A DNA stretch of 58,873 nt from a virus. Under the pieces are notes generated by a model, which had not been told where the DNA came from, did no database searches, and was given only the letters and a program-made list of their open reading frames with translations. The stretch spans positions 1-58,873 of IMG/VR virus record IMGVR_UViG_3300023181_000006. One strand, 5' to 3'. Position numbers and translations under genes: made by a program. Shown piece by piece: positions 32,577 to 41,776 of this stretch. Every line of letters begins with the position of its first letter. The stretch's first letter is position 1.

Positions 32577-33614
32577 TTAGCTAAGGTTCGTTATGCCTGC
32601 CTCTATGACCCCGATCCAGCCGGGATTGGTCACGACGGCAGCCGACCAGAAGCTGGAGCTGACGTAGCCACGCTGACCCAGCGGGTCTTCCTTGGTTTTC
32701 AGGTTGGCCGGGATGTGGCTCGGATCGAAGTTGGCATTGAGCGCCACGTCGTTGACGCACTCTTCCGCGCACACGACGTATGGGTACACATCGATGTTCG
32801 CGCCGGTGGTCGAGTACAGGCCAGTCGATGCGACGGTGGCGCCGGCATCTTGGTACGCGCCCAGTTCCGGCGACGTGATGAAGCGGAAGTTGTTGACGGA
32901 GCCGAACTCGCGCGGGCTGATTGGCTTACGGCCAGCGTACTTCGCCAGTGGCACGAAGTCTTCCAGGCGGCGGATATCGTGCTCAGCATCGGTGTGGACG
33001 AACACGATGAACGAAGCCTCGATTGCCGAGGTATCGTAAGCCGGGCCAGGAGCCAGGATCATCGTTTTCATTTCGCCGTGGTTACCCTTCAGCGTACGCG
33101 ACATCAGCGACAGGTAGTTGAAGGTGATGGTGCTTGCCACGGTGGCACGCGACAGACCGCCGGCGTACTGCACGGTGCTGGCGGCTTTCATGACGCCGTA
33201 GCGGATCATTTCGCGGACCAGGCCCATGCGGCGCGCGGTCTGGTCGATCTGATCTTTCGGGATGTCGTCTTCGCTCAGGTTGGCGGCCTTGTCGGTGTAG
33301 CTGTACAGGACGGCGTATTGCTGAATGACGACGGTGACATCGCGATAGCTCAGGGACTCGGCAGGCGGGGTGACGCCCTCCTGTACCTGATGCGCGGCGG
33401 CGTTCACATTCCAGCGATTGATCGAGTTGGCGTTAGCCGTCGAGCCGCCGGTAGGGATCACGGCACGATAGATCATCGTGTCGCCCTTGTTTTTCGGGAA
33501 CGGCTTCATCGAGCAGCCGAGAGCCAGAACCTCTACCGGTTCAGCGATCGCCAGCATTTCACCTTTGATCTTATTGATCCGGCCGGCTGGCAAGCCATAA
33601 GTTTGTGCAGTCAT
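32577..33614 (-). CDS. major capsid protein
   Basis: 345 aa, in the order portal, scaffold, this gene. The sequence resembles N4 gp56-family capsid proteins as I recall them. Confidence 0.8.
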   Translation of the reverse strand: MTAQTYGLPAGRINKIKGEMLAIAEPVEVLALGCSMKPFPKNKGDTMIYRAVIPTGGSTANANSINRWNVNAAAHQVQEGVTPPAESLSYRDVTVVIQQYAVLYSYTDKAANLSEDDIPKDQIDQTARRMGLVREMIRYGVMKAASTVQYAGGLSRATVASTITFNYLSLMSRTLKGNHGEMKTMILAPGPAYDTSAIEASFIVFVHTDAEHDIRRLEDFVPLAKYAGRKPISPREFGSVNNFRFITSPELGAYQDAGATVASTGLYSTTGANIDVYPYVVCAEECVNDVALNANFDPSHIPANLKTKEDPLGQRGYVSSSFWSAAVVTNPGWIGVIEAGITNLS

Positions 33615-33626
33615 GATAGACCTCGT

Positions 33627-34532
33627 TTAAAAGTTTCGACGGCCTGCGCGGCTGTTGTACGCCGCCAAGATTTGTTCTTCGTCGGTTAATTTCGATTGCG
33701 CCGGTGGTGCTGCCACGCCTTTCGGTGTGACGGCGGCCGCCAGGCGGCTCTGTTTTTGCTGCTGTACGCGTTGCGTTTCCTTGAACTCGGTGAGGAAGCG
33801 GGCAGCCAACATCGGGTTCTCCGTGTGGATGATCGTTTCCTGCAGTTCGGCCGGCTTGGCTTTGACCCACGCGTCGAACTCTTTCGAGCGCATCACGGTG
33901 TCGTAGTCAGGGTGGTCGAACTGCAGTACCTTCACCGAGTCGTTGCGTTGGCGCTCTTGCTCGGCCGCGATCTTCTCGTTGGCGCGGGCTTCGATCTGTG
34001 CTTCGATCTGTTCCGGCGTCATACTTTGATGCTCTTGCGGACGACGCCCTGCTTTCTCCACGGCTTTCAATGCCGCGACCAGCGGGCCGCCAAACTCTTG
34101 GAAGTCCTCCGCGACACGTTCAGCGTCTTGCATTGCGGCGGTCAACTCATCGTCAACGGGCGCGGGCTGTGGTGCTGGCTTCGGTTCCAACTGCTTCAAC
34201 TGACGGTTGATGTCTCCGATTGCGCCGTGCAGCTTTCGAACGGCTGGAGAGTCATCATTCAACGCGATGGCGCGTACTTCCTCCTTGAAGGCGGCGAGTT
34301 GTTCAGCCAGCAGTTGCTTCGCGTCTTTCGGCTGCTCTGCTGGTTGCTCATCGCCTGGAGCTTCATTCGGCACGTCGTTGGCCGGGATGCTTTCCGGCTG
34401 AGCCGATTGGGTTTGCGGTACGTCAGCAGGGAGCGGATTACCGCTGCGTGCGTTATACCCGGCCATCAGATCATCCATCTCTGCATGATCGTTCTGCGCC
34501 GTTTCAACTCCGGATTCGATTACGTCGCTCAT
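33627..34532 (-). CDS. scaffolding protein
   Basis: 301 aa. Acidic, A/E/Q-rich and helical, located between portal and capsid. Confidence 0.65.
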   Translation of the reverse strand: MSDVIESGVETAQNDHAEMDDLMAGYNARSGNPLPADVPQTQSAQPESIPANDVPNEAPGDEQPAEQPKDAKQLLAEQLAAFKEEVRAIALNDDSPAVRKLHGAIGDINRQLKQLEPKPAPQPAPVDDELTAAMQDAERVAEDFQEFGGPLVAALKAVEKAGRRPQEHQSMTPEQIEAQIEARANEKIAAEQERQRNDSVKVLQFDHPDYDTVMRSKEFDAWVKAKPAELQETIIHTENPMLAARFLTEFKETQRVQQQKQSRLAAAVTPKGVAAPPAQSKLTDEEQILAAYNSRAGRRNF

Positions 34533-34588
34533 TGCGTCTTGCTCCTAGAAATCACCAGCCATCGGCCGGCTAAAACAACAGGGGGAGG

Positions 34589-34816
34589 CTATTCGCCTGC
34601 GCCTGTCACATCCTTTTGCGTTGGATCGCCGAGTGCCAGGAATGCCTTGGTCGTGTCGATCTTCCAACGCAGGGCGATACTCTCGCCTTCGTCTAATCGC
34701 GGGTTCTCCAGCCGCTCGCGCATGCTTGCCAGTTCAGTGACGCAATGCGTCTTGAGCTTGCGCCAGCACGGCGTATCAATGTCCATGTTGCTTAGAATCC
34801 TCGTGCTTCGCGCCAT
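34589..34816 (-). CDS. hypothetical protein (75 aa)
   Basis: ATG 34816 has a GAGGCGG SD, just after the portal stop. Confidence 0.5.
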   Translation of the reverse strand: MARSTRILSNMDIDTPCWRKLKTHCVTELASMRERLENPRLDEGESIALRWKIDTTKAFLALGDPTQKDVTGAGE

Positions 34817-34823
34817 GTCCGCC

Positions 34824-37244
34824 TCACTGTTGGTAGCCGGCGCCGGGTGCTGCACGGCCCGCTGGTTCGGTTGGTGGCGTGGTCGCATACTGCGTGGCGA
34901 TGCCTTTGGCGCTCGTCAGCATCGACAGCTTCTCTTGCGAGCGGATCTTCATCACGCTCTGCGCCAGCATCGCCTTGATTTCCTCGGCGTTCATCTCGCG
35001 GCCATTGGTGGCTTCGAACTGCGTGACGTCGGTATCGATCTTCGCGATCATCAATTCCAGTTGGCGGTCCTTGTCGGCTTCTGCCGCGTCGAATTGCTGC
35101 TTCGACTGCAACATGCCTTGGTCGCCCTGCTGGCGCGTCTGGATATCCTTGAGACGCGACTCGGCCATGATCTTCGCTGCGGTGACGCGCGGATCTTCCG
35201 GCGCTTGCTGCTGGGCCATCTGCGCTTTTTCTTCCTCGGAGAAGTCGAACGAGGCAGGATCGAAACGGCGCGAACGCAGGTACTCGGCCATCGCCTTCTT
35301 CGGGCTGACGCCATACGCAGGGTTCAGAGCCAACTGCACGACGCCAATCAACTCTTGCGACTGCACGCTGCGCTCGACCAGAGCCGACGATCCGCGCGCA
35401 TTCACCTGGAAGTCACCCTTGGCGTCGTCGTCGGTGCCGTAGCACATCAGCCACGCGTAGTAGCGCGAGATGTGCGGCGTGGTCAACTGAGAATCGAACT
35501 GACGTGCGAAGCGGCGCAGCACGGCGGTGGCGTTATTGTCCAGCAGGACCAGGCCACCGACAGTATCCGGAGCGCCGGTGCCTTGACCTTGCAACAGCAT
35601 CGGCAACCCGGTCACGTCCTCGGCCAGCTTGGTTCCCCATTCGATGATCGACATCAACTCCTTCTGGAGCATCGGGATTACGATCGGCGTAACAGGCGAG
35701 CCACCAGCAGGAGCGCCACCGCCATCATTGCCTTCGATCCATACCTTCAGCGGCGTGATTTCCCACGATCCGTTCTCAGGTTCGAAGCCGTAGCGGAACA
35801 CGATCTGCGGACCAGCTGCAAGGCCGGCGTTGTCCATCAGGTTGCGCGCAGCAGCCGTGACTATGCGCTGCGGATAGCGCATCTGACGTGCCACGCCCAA
35901 GCCCCAAGGAATGCCAGGGCGGCGCTTCCAAGGGATGACGTCGTACGGGAACTCGCCGTTGTCCAGCGGGTTCAGCACGGCCTTTATGATGTGGTCATTG
36001 ACCAGCGTGATGATGGCCGGGAACGAGCGGTCAGGCTGCATGCCCTCGCAATCGCAGCCAGCGGCCAGCAGTTCTTCCACCTTGATGCTGCCGTAGAAGT
36101 ACCAGATTTCGAACTGTTCCTTCTGCTGGAACGCGGTCGATAGCATATTTCGCTGGTCCGGTTCCGACATACGCATCGGGCCTTCCTTGAGGCATTGCCA
36201 GATAGCCGCCTCGTTATAGCCAGGCGTACCAATCAGGTCTTCCAGCATCTTCGGCGAGATGCGGTCGCGCTCGTACGTGCCGGAACCGTTGTGAATGTTC
36301 TCGCCGCAAGCCGGATCAGGGAAGAAGTCCCACGGATCAACACGCACGGAGCACGGCTTGATTTCCTCGGTGAGGATCATCTGATAGACGCCATCCTCGC
36401 CACGGCGCCACTCTTGCGAGACGCGCTTGGTCGGGAATGGGCCTTTGACCACACCGGAGCCGATGCGTGCGCAGTCGTCAATCACCTTGCGCAGCTCACC
36501 GTTGTATTGGCACTCAGTCAGCCAGTCATCAATCTGTAGCTGCGCCTTCTCTGCCTTGCGGTCGGCCTCTTCCTTCATGGCGTCGAACTGGGCTTTGGCT
36601 TGCGACAGCGGCATGACTTGCCCGCCTACGTTCACCTGTGGCTCTGGCTGACCCTGTGGCGCTTGCTGTTGCTGCGGCTCGACAGGCATCGGAGCGCCGG
36701 GAACCTGCGCCATGCCCATCGCTGCCGAGTCCTGCATGCCGCCAGGTGGAGCGACAGGAGCGGCGGCCGGCTGCGGCATCTGCGGCGCAGCCTTGGCCAT
36801 GAACTTCTCCAGGCCATCGAACATGTCAGGGATTGGCGTTGCCTCGACCGCGAAGTTGCGATCATCAGTCGGCAGCAGCATGTCGCCCACGCGTGCAGCA
36901 GCGGCGTCGACGTAAGGCTGGGTGATGTTGGGGAATACGGTGGAGCCGCGCACAGGTGCAACGCGGTCCTCTTCGGTGCTGCCGCCGCCGGCGACTGGCT
37001 TGTTGACGTAGTTGGCGAACTCGTGACGGTTGGCGTCATCGTAGCCGACGTAAAATTCCTCGTCTTGAAGCCATGACATTTCGATAAGTAATGATGCGCG
37101 ACCCTGAACGAACTCACGCCGCTTGCGGACAAGCGTACTCGCCAGTGATCCTAGAATCGCCTGGCGCGTCGCCTCTTCGGCTTCTGCTCGTTCTTCATCC
37201 GTCTGCCCGCCATCATAGACGTCAGCGTGTTCGCTTCGATTCAT
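34824..37244 (-). CDS. portal protein
   Basis: 806 aa. It is the next gene downstream of the large terminase gene. Confidence 0.8.
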   Translation of the reverse strand: MNRSEHADVYDGGQTDEERAEAEEATRQAILGSLASTLVRKRREFVQGRASLLIEMSWLQDEEFYVGYDDANRHEFANYVNKPVAGGGSTEEDRVAPVRGSTVFPNITQPYVDAAAARVGDMLLPTDDRNFAVEATPIPDMFDGLEKFMAKAAPQMPQPAAAPVAPPGGMQDSAAMGMAQVPGAPMPVEPQQQQAPQGQPEPQVNVGGQVMPLSQAKAQFDAMKEEADRKAEKAQLQIDDWLTECQYNGELRKVIDDCARIGSGVVKGPFPTKRVSQEWRRGEDGVYQMILTEEIKPCSVRVDPWDFFPDPACGENIHNGSGTYERDRISPKMLEDLIGTPGYNEAAIWQCLKEGPMRMSEPDQRNMLSTAFQQKEQFEIWYFYGSIKVEELLAAGCDCEGMQPDRSFPAIITLVNDHIIKAVLNPLDNGEFPYDVIPWKRRPGIPWGLGVARQMRYPQRIVTAAARNLMDNAGLAAGPQIVFRYGFEPENGSWEITPLKVWIEGNDGGGAPAGGSPVTPIVIPMLQKELMSIIEWGTKLAEDVTGLPMLLQGQGTGAPDTVGGLVLLDNNATAVLRRFARQFDSQLTTPHISRYYAWLMCYGTDDDAKGDFQVNARGSSALVERSVQSQELIGVVQLALNPAYGVSPKKAMAEYLRSRRFDPASFDFSEEEKAQMAQQQAPEDPRVTAAKIMAESRLKDIQTRQQGDQGMLQSKQQFDAAEADKDRQLELMIAKIDTDVTQFEATNGREMNAEEIKAMLAQSVMKIRSQEKLSMLTSAKGIATQYATTPPTEPAGRAAPGAGYQQ

Positions 37245-37402
37245 GCCACCCTCATTTAGGCGCAGCGGCGGGAGTAGACCCGCTTCCCCTCAGGGAATCC
37301 TATTGGACGCTGCAAAATGAATTACTTCTCAACACGTCGGATTATACTCGGTAAAGTATTTACTGAGTGCAAAGCATTCGCTGTGTCAACTTATTTTTCT
37401 GG

Positions 37403-38848
37403 TTAGTAGCCCATACCCGGATCAGCTATGCGCCGCACTGGAACTTGCCTACGCTTCGGCGCATCAGATTTGCCTGATTGAAGGCCGCCAGTTTCCATTG
37501 CCGCGTACTGCAGTGCGTCGTGCGGGTGAGAGTAGCTGTTCTTCATCGCCTCATCGGTGTAGCGCTCTTCGCCGACGACTTGGATACGGCGATACTTGTA
37601 GCCACCGTTGAAGCCCTTACGCACCACGGAGCAGCAAGGGTCCATGAGGAACATTGGCTGGCCGCCGGATAGCTTACTCAGGAACCACGCCACAGCGCCG
37701 CGCCGCGCAAGCCACGCATTGGATTTGGCCGGGCGGATCTTCAACCCCTTAGCTCTGGCTTCATCGAAACAGGAGCGCTCATTGCTCTGCGCCCGCTGAT
37801 TGCCCGCAGGATCGCCGACGAGCTCGATCATCTCGTCCTTGCGCGCCCACCACTCAGGGTAGACGGTCATCAGTTGAGGGATCAGGATGTCCTCAAGGAA
37901 TGCCGCAAAGGCCATATCCTCGCCGCAGAGTTCATCCAGCACCAATAGTCGGCCGCGCGCATCAGTCTGTGTGATGACAGAGGAAGGTGTCAGCCCGAAG
38001 TCAGTACCGATAATGAGTTTGACGTTGCGTATCGGCTCGATATCCTTCACATGCAACGTATCGTTGTACTCCCCATACACTGGCTTGCCGTCGTGGACGC
38101 TGCCGTACTCGCCCAGCACGAACACCTTGATCCATTGCGGATCTTTGCCCGGGATCTGGCGCAACCAGTATTCATAGCCGAGAGTATGGTTTGACACGTT
38201 CTCTGCGCCCGGGTTGGGAATGTACTTCTCCCCCACCTTCAGCAGCGCCCCAGGCTGCGCGAAGAACTCGTAGCCCTCTGGCTTATCCACCTCGGCCAGC
38301 TTGTAATACCAATGGTCGTCGTCGGGGCTATTGGTGTCCATGATGACGCCCGACCAGTTCGAACCGCCATTAGCCAGCGAAGGATAGCGACCAACACGAC
38401 CTGTTGCCATGTCCATGATTGCTTTAGGCAACTCTGAGCACTCGTTGATCCACACGCCAGTTAGCTCCAGCGACTTCAGCTTCTTGACGTCATCCGGACG
38501 GTCAAGAGAGATGAACATCACCTCTAGCTCAAGTGTCGTCCCATCAGGCAGCTTCTGCGTCAACATGCTGGTTATCGGCGCATCCCAGCGCATCACAGCG
38601 TCAGGAACCCAGTCCTCCCAAGTCTTGATACTCGTGGATTTAAGTTCGGGATAGCTGTTACGAATGACTGCCCAGCGGGATTTACGCACGCCGCCGCATG
38701 CAAGCTGCTCGACGGCGCGCCGGATTATCTCCATGCAGCACGTTACAGACTTGCCAGTACCGATAGGCCCGCGCAAACCACGCACGAATGCATTCGATCG
38801 GTGGAACTTACTGGCCGTTGCCGCTGCTACGTAGGTGATATCCGCCAT
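37403..38848 (-). CDS. terL: terminase large subunit
   Basis: 481 aa. Walker A GPIGTGKS, Walker B-like GVWINECSE, and a C-terminal nuclease-type IGTDFG..D region. Confidence 0.9.
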   Translation of the reverse strand: MADITYVAAATASKFHRSNAFVRGLRGPIGTGKSVTCCMEIIRRAVEQLACGGVRKSRWAVIRNSYPELKSTSIKTWEDWVPDAVMRWDAPITSMLTQKLPDGTTLELEVMFISLDRPDDVKKLKSLELTGVWINECSELPKAIMDMATGRVGRYPSLANGGSNWSGVIMDTNSPDDDHWYYKLAEVDKPEGYEFFAQPGALLKVGEKYIPNPGAENVSNHTLGYEYWLRQIPGKDPQWIKVFVLGEYGSVHDGKPVYGEYNDTLHVKDIEPIRNVKLIIGTDFGLTPSSVITQTDARGRLLVLDELCGEDMAFAAFLEDILIPQLMTVYPEWWARKDEMIELVGDPAGNQRAQSNERSCFDEARAKGLKIRPAKSNAWLARRGAVAWFLSKLSGGQPMFLMDPCCSVVRKGFNGGYKYRRIQVVGEERYTDEAMKNSYSHPHDALQYAAMETGGLQSGKSDAPKRRQVPVRRIADPGMGY

Positions 38849-38849
38849 G

Positions 38850-39452
38850 TCAGAACGTCATGTTGTAGGTTGTGGGCTTATCGTCCGAACCCTTGACGCG
38901 CTCATCAATTCCCATCACCTCACGCTCCAACGCGACAAGCGTCTTCTTGGCGTCAATTAGCTTCTTGAATGTGTCGGCACGGTTGGATAAGCCAAGCGTC
39001 TTGGATATCACCTTCATGGCGTACTCCGCATCTTCCTTATCACCGTTCTCAGCCATTGCAACAATCTCAGCGAGCCGAGTTACCTCCTGCTTGCACACAG
39101 CCTGGATTTCCAGTTCGTCCGACATAGACTCGCACATCGACTGAAGCCGCTCAAAGTCCTTCCTGTGCCGGAACAGAACCGTAGCCCGCATCTCTGCATT
39201 TGCAGTCACAATAGCGTTTTCGGTTACCACGCGTTCGCTGGTAACTTCCTTGGTAACCGCCATCTTGGTAACCAGCGCTTCGGTCTTCTGCTTGATCTTC
39301 GCTTGCAGGTCGCGCGCCCATCCGTTCTTGGTTGCGCGCTTCTGAATCGATACGTGGCTGACGCCATGCTCTTCGGCCATCACCCTGAGCGTCTTGATGC
39401 CTGCTCGGTAATCTAGCTCTACTGCTTCCCAGTCAATCTCACGCTTAGCCAC
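38850..39452 (-). CDS. terS: terminase small subunit (GTG start preferred; ORF track extends to ATG 39530)
   Basis: The HTH segment IDWEAVELDYRAGIKTLRVMAEEHGVSHVSIQKRATKNGWARDL is typical of TerS. It lies directly upstream of terL. Confidence 0.7.
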   Translation of the reverse strand: MAKREIDWEAVELDYRAGIKTLRVMAEEHGVSHVSIQKRATKNGWARDLQAKIKQKTEALVTKMAVTKEVTSERVVTENAIVTANAEMRATVLFRHRKDFERLQSMCESMSDELEIQAVCKQEVTRLAEIVAMAENGDKEDAEYAMKVISKTLGLSNRADTFKKLIDAKKTLVALEREVMGIDERVKGSDDKPTTYNMTF

Positions 39453-39675
39453 AGCACACCCCGCTTGGGATCTTGACGTCAGCAACTGCAGTGATGCGCT
39501 CCAGCAGAGTAACGCGACCGAACTGTTCACCGTTCTCGCGCCACTTATCTGCTTTGACTATGGCGCCAAACTGGTCCTCGGTGTCACGCAAGCCGGCGGG
39601 CATGAAGAGGAATCCCTCTCGTTCCGCTTGGTTGGCATATTGGTCTAGCGTGACATACGTTTGTTTTACTTCCAT
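39445..39675 (-). CDS. hypothetical protein (76 aa)
   Basis: ORF with a short overlap onto the terS start. Confidence 0.5.
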   Translation of the reverse strand: MEVKQTYVTLDQYANQAEREGFLFMPAGLRDTEDQFGAIVKADKWRENGEQFGRVTLLERITAVADVKIPSGVCCG

Positions 39676-39709
39676 GATTCTTACCTCTTCGGCGGGGTTT
39701 TAATGCGGC

Positions 39710-40129
39710 CTAACTTCGATCTAAAAGTGCACGTGCCATCGTTATAACGTGTTCTGCATCGAAGTCTTTCTTTGCTTGATTATATATCCACACAACAACT
39801 TTGCAATTTTCCTTGGTGTACCCGATATTGTTGTTTGTCCTATCGATGGTCCGCATGAAAGGCTCTGTAAGCTTCTCACCTTTGAACATGATCCCAGTCA
39901 CTTCGCAGTATTGCAAACCAAGTTTCTGTACTAGCCAGTCCTCGTCTAAATCAAATTCCAGCCCCTTTTTTTCAGACCTTTTGGCCATTGCTTTAAGCCG
40001 TTGATTTATCACTGGATCAGCAGAATAATTTTTCATCCTGTTCTTTTTTGGGTAATCGTCATGAAATACCAATTCAGGGGCGGAATCCAAATCACTCTGC
40101 CCGAAGCGCAATGTTCCGAATGTACTCAT
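39710..40129 (-). CDS. AT-rich gene; possible His-Me-finger (HNH-like) nuclease (139 aa)
   Basis: The C-terminal motif CEVTGIMF...RTIDRTNNNIGYTKENCKVVVWIYNQAKK resembles nuclease families as I recall them. The assignment is weak. Confidence 0.4.
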   Translation of the reverse strand: MSTFGTLRFGQSDLDSAPELVFHDDYPKKNRMKNYSADPVINQRLKAMAKRSEKKGLEFDLDEDWLVQKLGLQYCEVTGIMFKGEKLTEPFMRTIDRTNNNIGYTKENCKVVVWIYNQAKKDFDAEHVITMARALLDRS

Positions 40130-40293
40130 GGCGCCACCCGGTTAAACTCGATCAGCAACTCAAGGTAGAGCACGGCATACTGTGGCGGGCTGTTGCCCCA
40201 TGCGCTTATGGTGCGCGGGTTCATGTCAAAGCGCCGTGCCAGTTCGGCCTTGGTGATTCCGGCCCTTGCCAGCAAACTACTAAAGTCACGCAT
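40126..40293 (-). CDS. small HTH (Cro/XRE-like) protein (55 aa)
   Basis: Read by eye: MRDFSSLLARAGITKAELARRFDMNPRTISAWGNSPPQYAVLYLELLIEFNRVAP. GGGGGA SD is present, with an ATGA overlap with the downstream start. Confidence 0.55.
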   Translation of the reverse strand: MRDFSSLLARAGITKAELARRFDMNPRTISAWGNSPPQYAVLYLELLIEFNRVAP

Positions 40294-40344
40294 AAATCCC
40301 CCACTGTTAATCTACTCAGATGGAGTATTTTACCGTATACATAC

Positions 40345-40590
40345 CTATTTCCTGCCGGCCACCCGCTTATTTTCTATCGACCATAGGATGTAATTCACCA
40401 CGTTTCCGATATCCCCAGCAGCCCCGAACATGTTCTGCCCGCAGGATTCGCAGGTGCAGCCCTTGGTCATGTCCTTGGTGGTGTAGTCCAGACGCATAGG
40501 CTTGGCGCTTAGGAAGCTGATGCCTACCTGTGGCTTGTCGATGGTCAGCCAGGCAGGGCGGCCACAGGCGGGATGGAGGTAGGCGTACAT
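40345..40590 (-). CDS. hypothetical protein with Cys pairs (81 aa)
   Basis: HPACGRP ... CTCESCG suggests a zinc ribbon. Confidence 0.5.
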   Translation of the reverse strand: MYAYLHPACGRPAWLTIDKPQVGISFLSAKPMRLDYTTKDMTKGCTCESCGQNMFGAAGDIGNVVNYILWSIENKRVAGRK

Positions 40591-40593
40591 ACT

Positions 40594-41028
40594 CTAGCCT
40601 TCCAGCGTCAGCATATCTATGCCGTTGCCACAGCTAGTATCAAGCTCGATGGCAACCTTTACCGCATGGTAGGCGTCATGCCCTAGAAACATCGTGGCGA
40701 GCGCATAGTCTCGCCCGCTCCCTCGCGCGTAGGATTTATCCTCTATCGTCTCCGGGTGCTCGTTGTCATAGGTGTACTGCAGTATCTTGCGGTCTTCGGT
40801 GATGAACATGCTGCCGGCGCTACGATCCTCGGCGGCCTTGGGGAACTTACCGGCGGGGCGGCCAGCCTTGAACCACTCTAGCAGCTCGGCCGCATGTGCT
40901 CCGCAGCCAGAAAAGCCGACTAGGCCGCCGGGAACTCGGTGGATTTTCGTCACAGTGGTCGGATAACCGTAGTTCGTGCCACGCTTGTCTGCGGCTAGAG
41001 TGGTGCCATCCCATGCAATAACGGTCAT
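40594..41028 (-). CDS. Ntn-hydrolase, proteasome beta / HslV-like
   Basis: 144 aa. Thr2 follows Met1 (MTVIAWDG), then ADKRGT, TKIHRV, GFSGCG and GSGRDYALA. These align with the HslV landmarks T1, K33, GFAG and GSGG.YA. Confidence 0.65.
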   Translation of the reverse strand: MTVIAWDGTTLAADKRGTNYGYPTTVTKIHRVPGGLVGFSGCGAHAAELLEWFKAGRPAGKFPKAAEDRSAGSMFITEDRKILQYTYDNEHPETIEDKSYARGSGRDYALATMFLGHDAYHAVKVAIELDTSCGNGIDMLTLEG

Positions 41029-41037
41029 GGCTATCCC

Positions 41038-41274
41038 CTAGTCTGTGGCGCGCTTGACCGAACTGACCATGCGCTTGAGCACGTCGACCGGGATGCGCGC
41101 CTGCTTAGCCATGGCCTTGAAGTGCTTGCGCTTGGCCTTGGCTTCGTCTACCGCCTTGTTGTGGGCGTCGATCTGCTGGGCGTGGCGTACTTGGTCTAGG
41201 ACGTGCTGCGGGGCGCCAGCCATGGTTTGCTCCAGGCTACGCAAGTGCGCTTGCAGGGCTGCCTGATCCATCAC
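41038..41274 (-). CDS. hypothetical protein (78 aa)
   Basis: Coupled ORF, helical and charged. Confidence 0.5.
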   Translation of the reverse strand: MMDQAALQAHLRSLEQTMAGAPQHVLDQVRHAQQIDAHNKAVDEAKAKRKHFKAMAKQARIPVDVLKRMVSSVKRATD

Positions 41275-41672
41275 ATGCGTCCCTTAAATACGCGATCAAT
41301 CGGCATGCCCTGCTGCTGGGCTGCGTAGGAGCCTTTGCCATAGCCTTCCATCAACTCGGCGTGCTCTTGCTCGGGGTCGTGTGGCGGCGGAGAAAGTTTG
41401 CTACCATCAGGCTTGCCTCCCTGGTTCTGGACGATCTGCTGGACCATCGCCAGCGCTTCCTCCATCGACTTGACCGGGACGCCCTTGTCTTCGGTCTTCG
41501 CCATGTCGGGCATGCCATCGGGACCGCCGTGCTGCTCTTCGCCCATTTCCTCGTCCATCGCTTCGACGTTGACGGACATAGGCTTACCGTCCGCGCCGAC
41601 GTATATTTCGATGCAGTAGCCGCCTTGCGGTCCTTGATCCATCGCGCCGTCGTTCGGTTCCATGCCGTCCAT
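41271..41672 (-). CDS. acidic Met/Gly/Asp/Glu-rich protein (133 aa), first gene of the late operon
   Basis: It follows a promoter-like element and precedes ATGA-coupled genes. Confidence 0.55.
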   Translation of the reverse strand: MDGMEPNDGAMDQGPQGGYCIEIYVGADGKPMSVNVEAMDEEMGEEQHGGPDGMPDMAKTEDKGVPVKSMEEALAMVQQIVQNQGGKPDGSKLSPPPHDPEQEHAELMEGYGKGSYAAQQQGMPIDRVFKGRM

Positions 41673-41713
41673 AATTATTCCCTTGTGTGATTTGGTATTT
41701 CCTGAGCTAAATC

Positions 41714-41742
41714 ATTGTACCAAGTAAAAAGCCGCCAGTCAT
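41714..41742 (-). promoter_or_regulatory. Candidate sigma70-type promoter for the late operon
   Basis: On the - strand: ATGACT, 17 nt, TACAAT. It lies about 40 nt upstream of ATG 41672 and overlaps the preceding terminator. Confidence 0.35.
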
Positions 41743-41756
41743 TGAGAATGGCGGCT
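41725..41756 (-). terminator. Rho-independent terminator ending the 4-gene SGNH unit
   Basis: On the - strand: AGCCGCCA, 11-nt loop, TGGCGGCT, followed by TTTTT. Confidence 0.7.
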
Positions 41757-41776
41757 CTGCGGGGAGTTTTTTGCGT

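Noticed and set aside
33696-36143. 815-aa + strand ORF (and many similar ones, e.g. 18973..20196, 15793..16884, 45190..46026 on the - strand, 48192..49259) lying antisense to or overlapping well-supported genes
   Set aside because: Their translations are Arg/Ala/Leu/Gly-rich low-information text without SD sequences. They fully overlap genes with clear motifs (portal, scaffold, giant protein and others). Long antisense open frames are expected in GC-rich DNA.
39453-39530. Longer terS start at ATG 39530 given by the ORF track
   Set aside because: The extra 26 residues (MNSSVALLCWSASLQLLTSRSQAGCA) look non-native and overlap the upstream 76-aa ORF by 86 nt. GTG 39452 gives a short overlap and begins right at the conserved HTH region. 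The choice remains uncertain.
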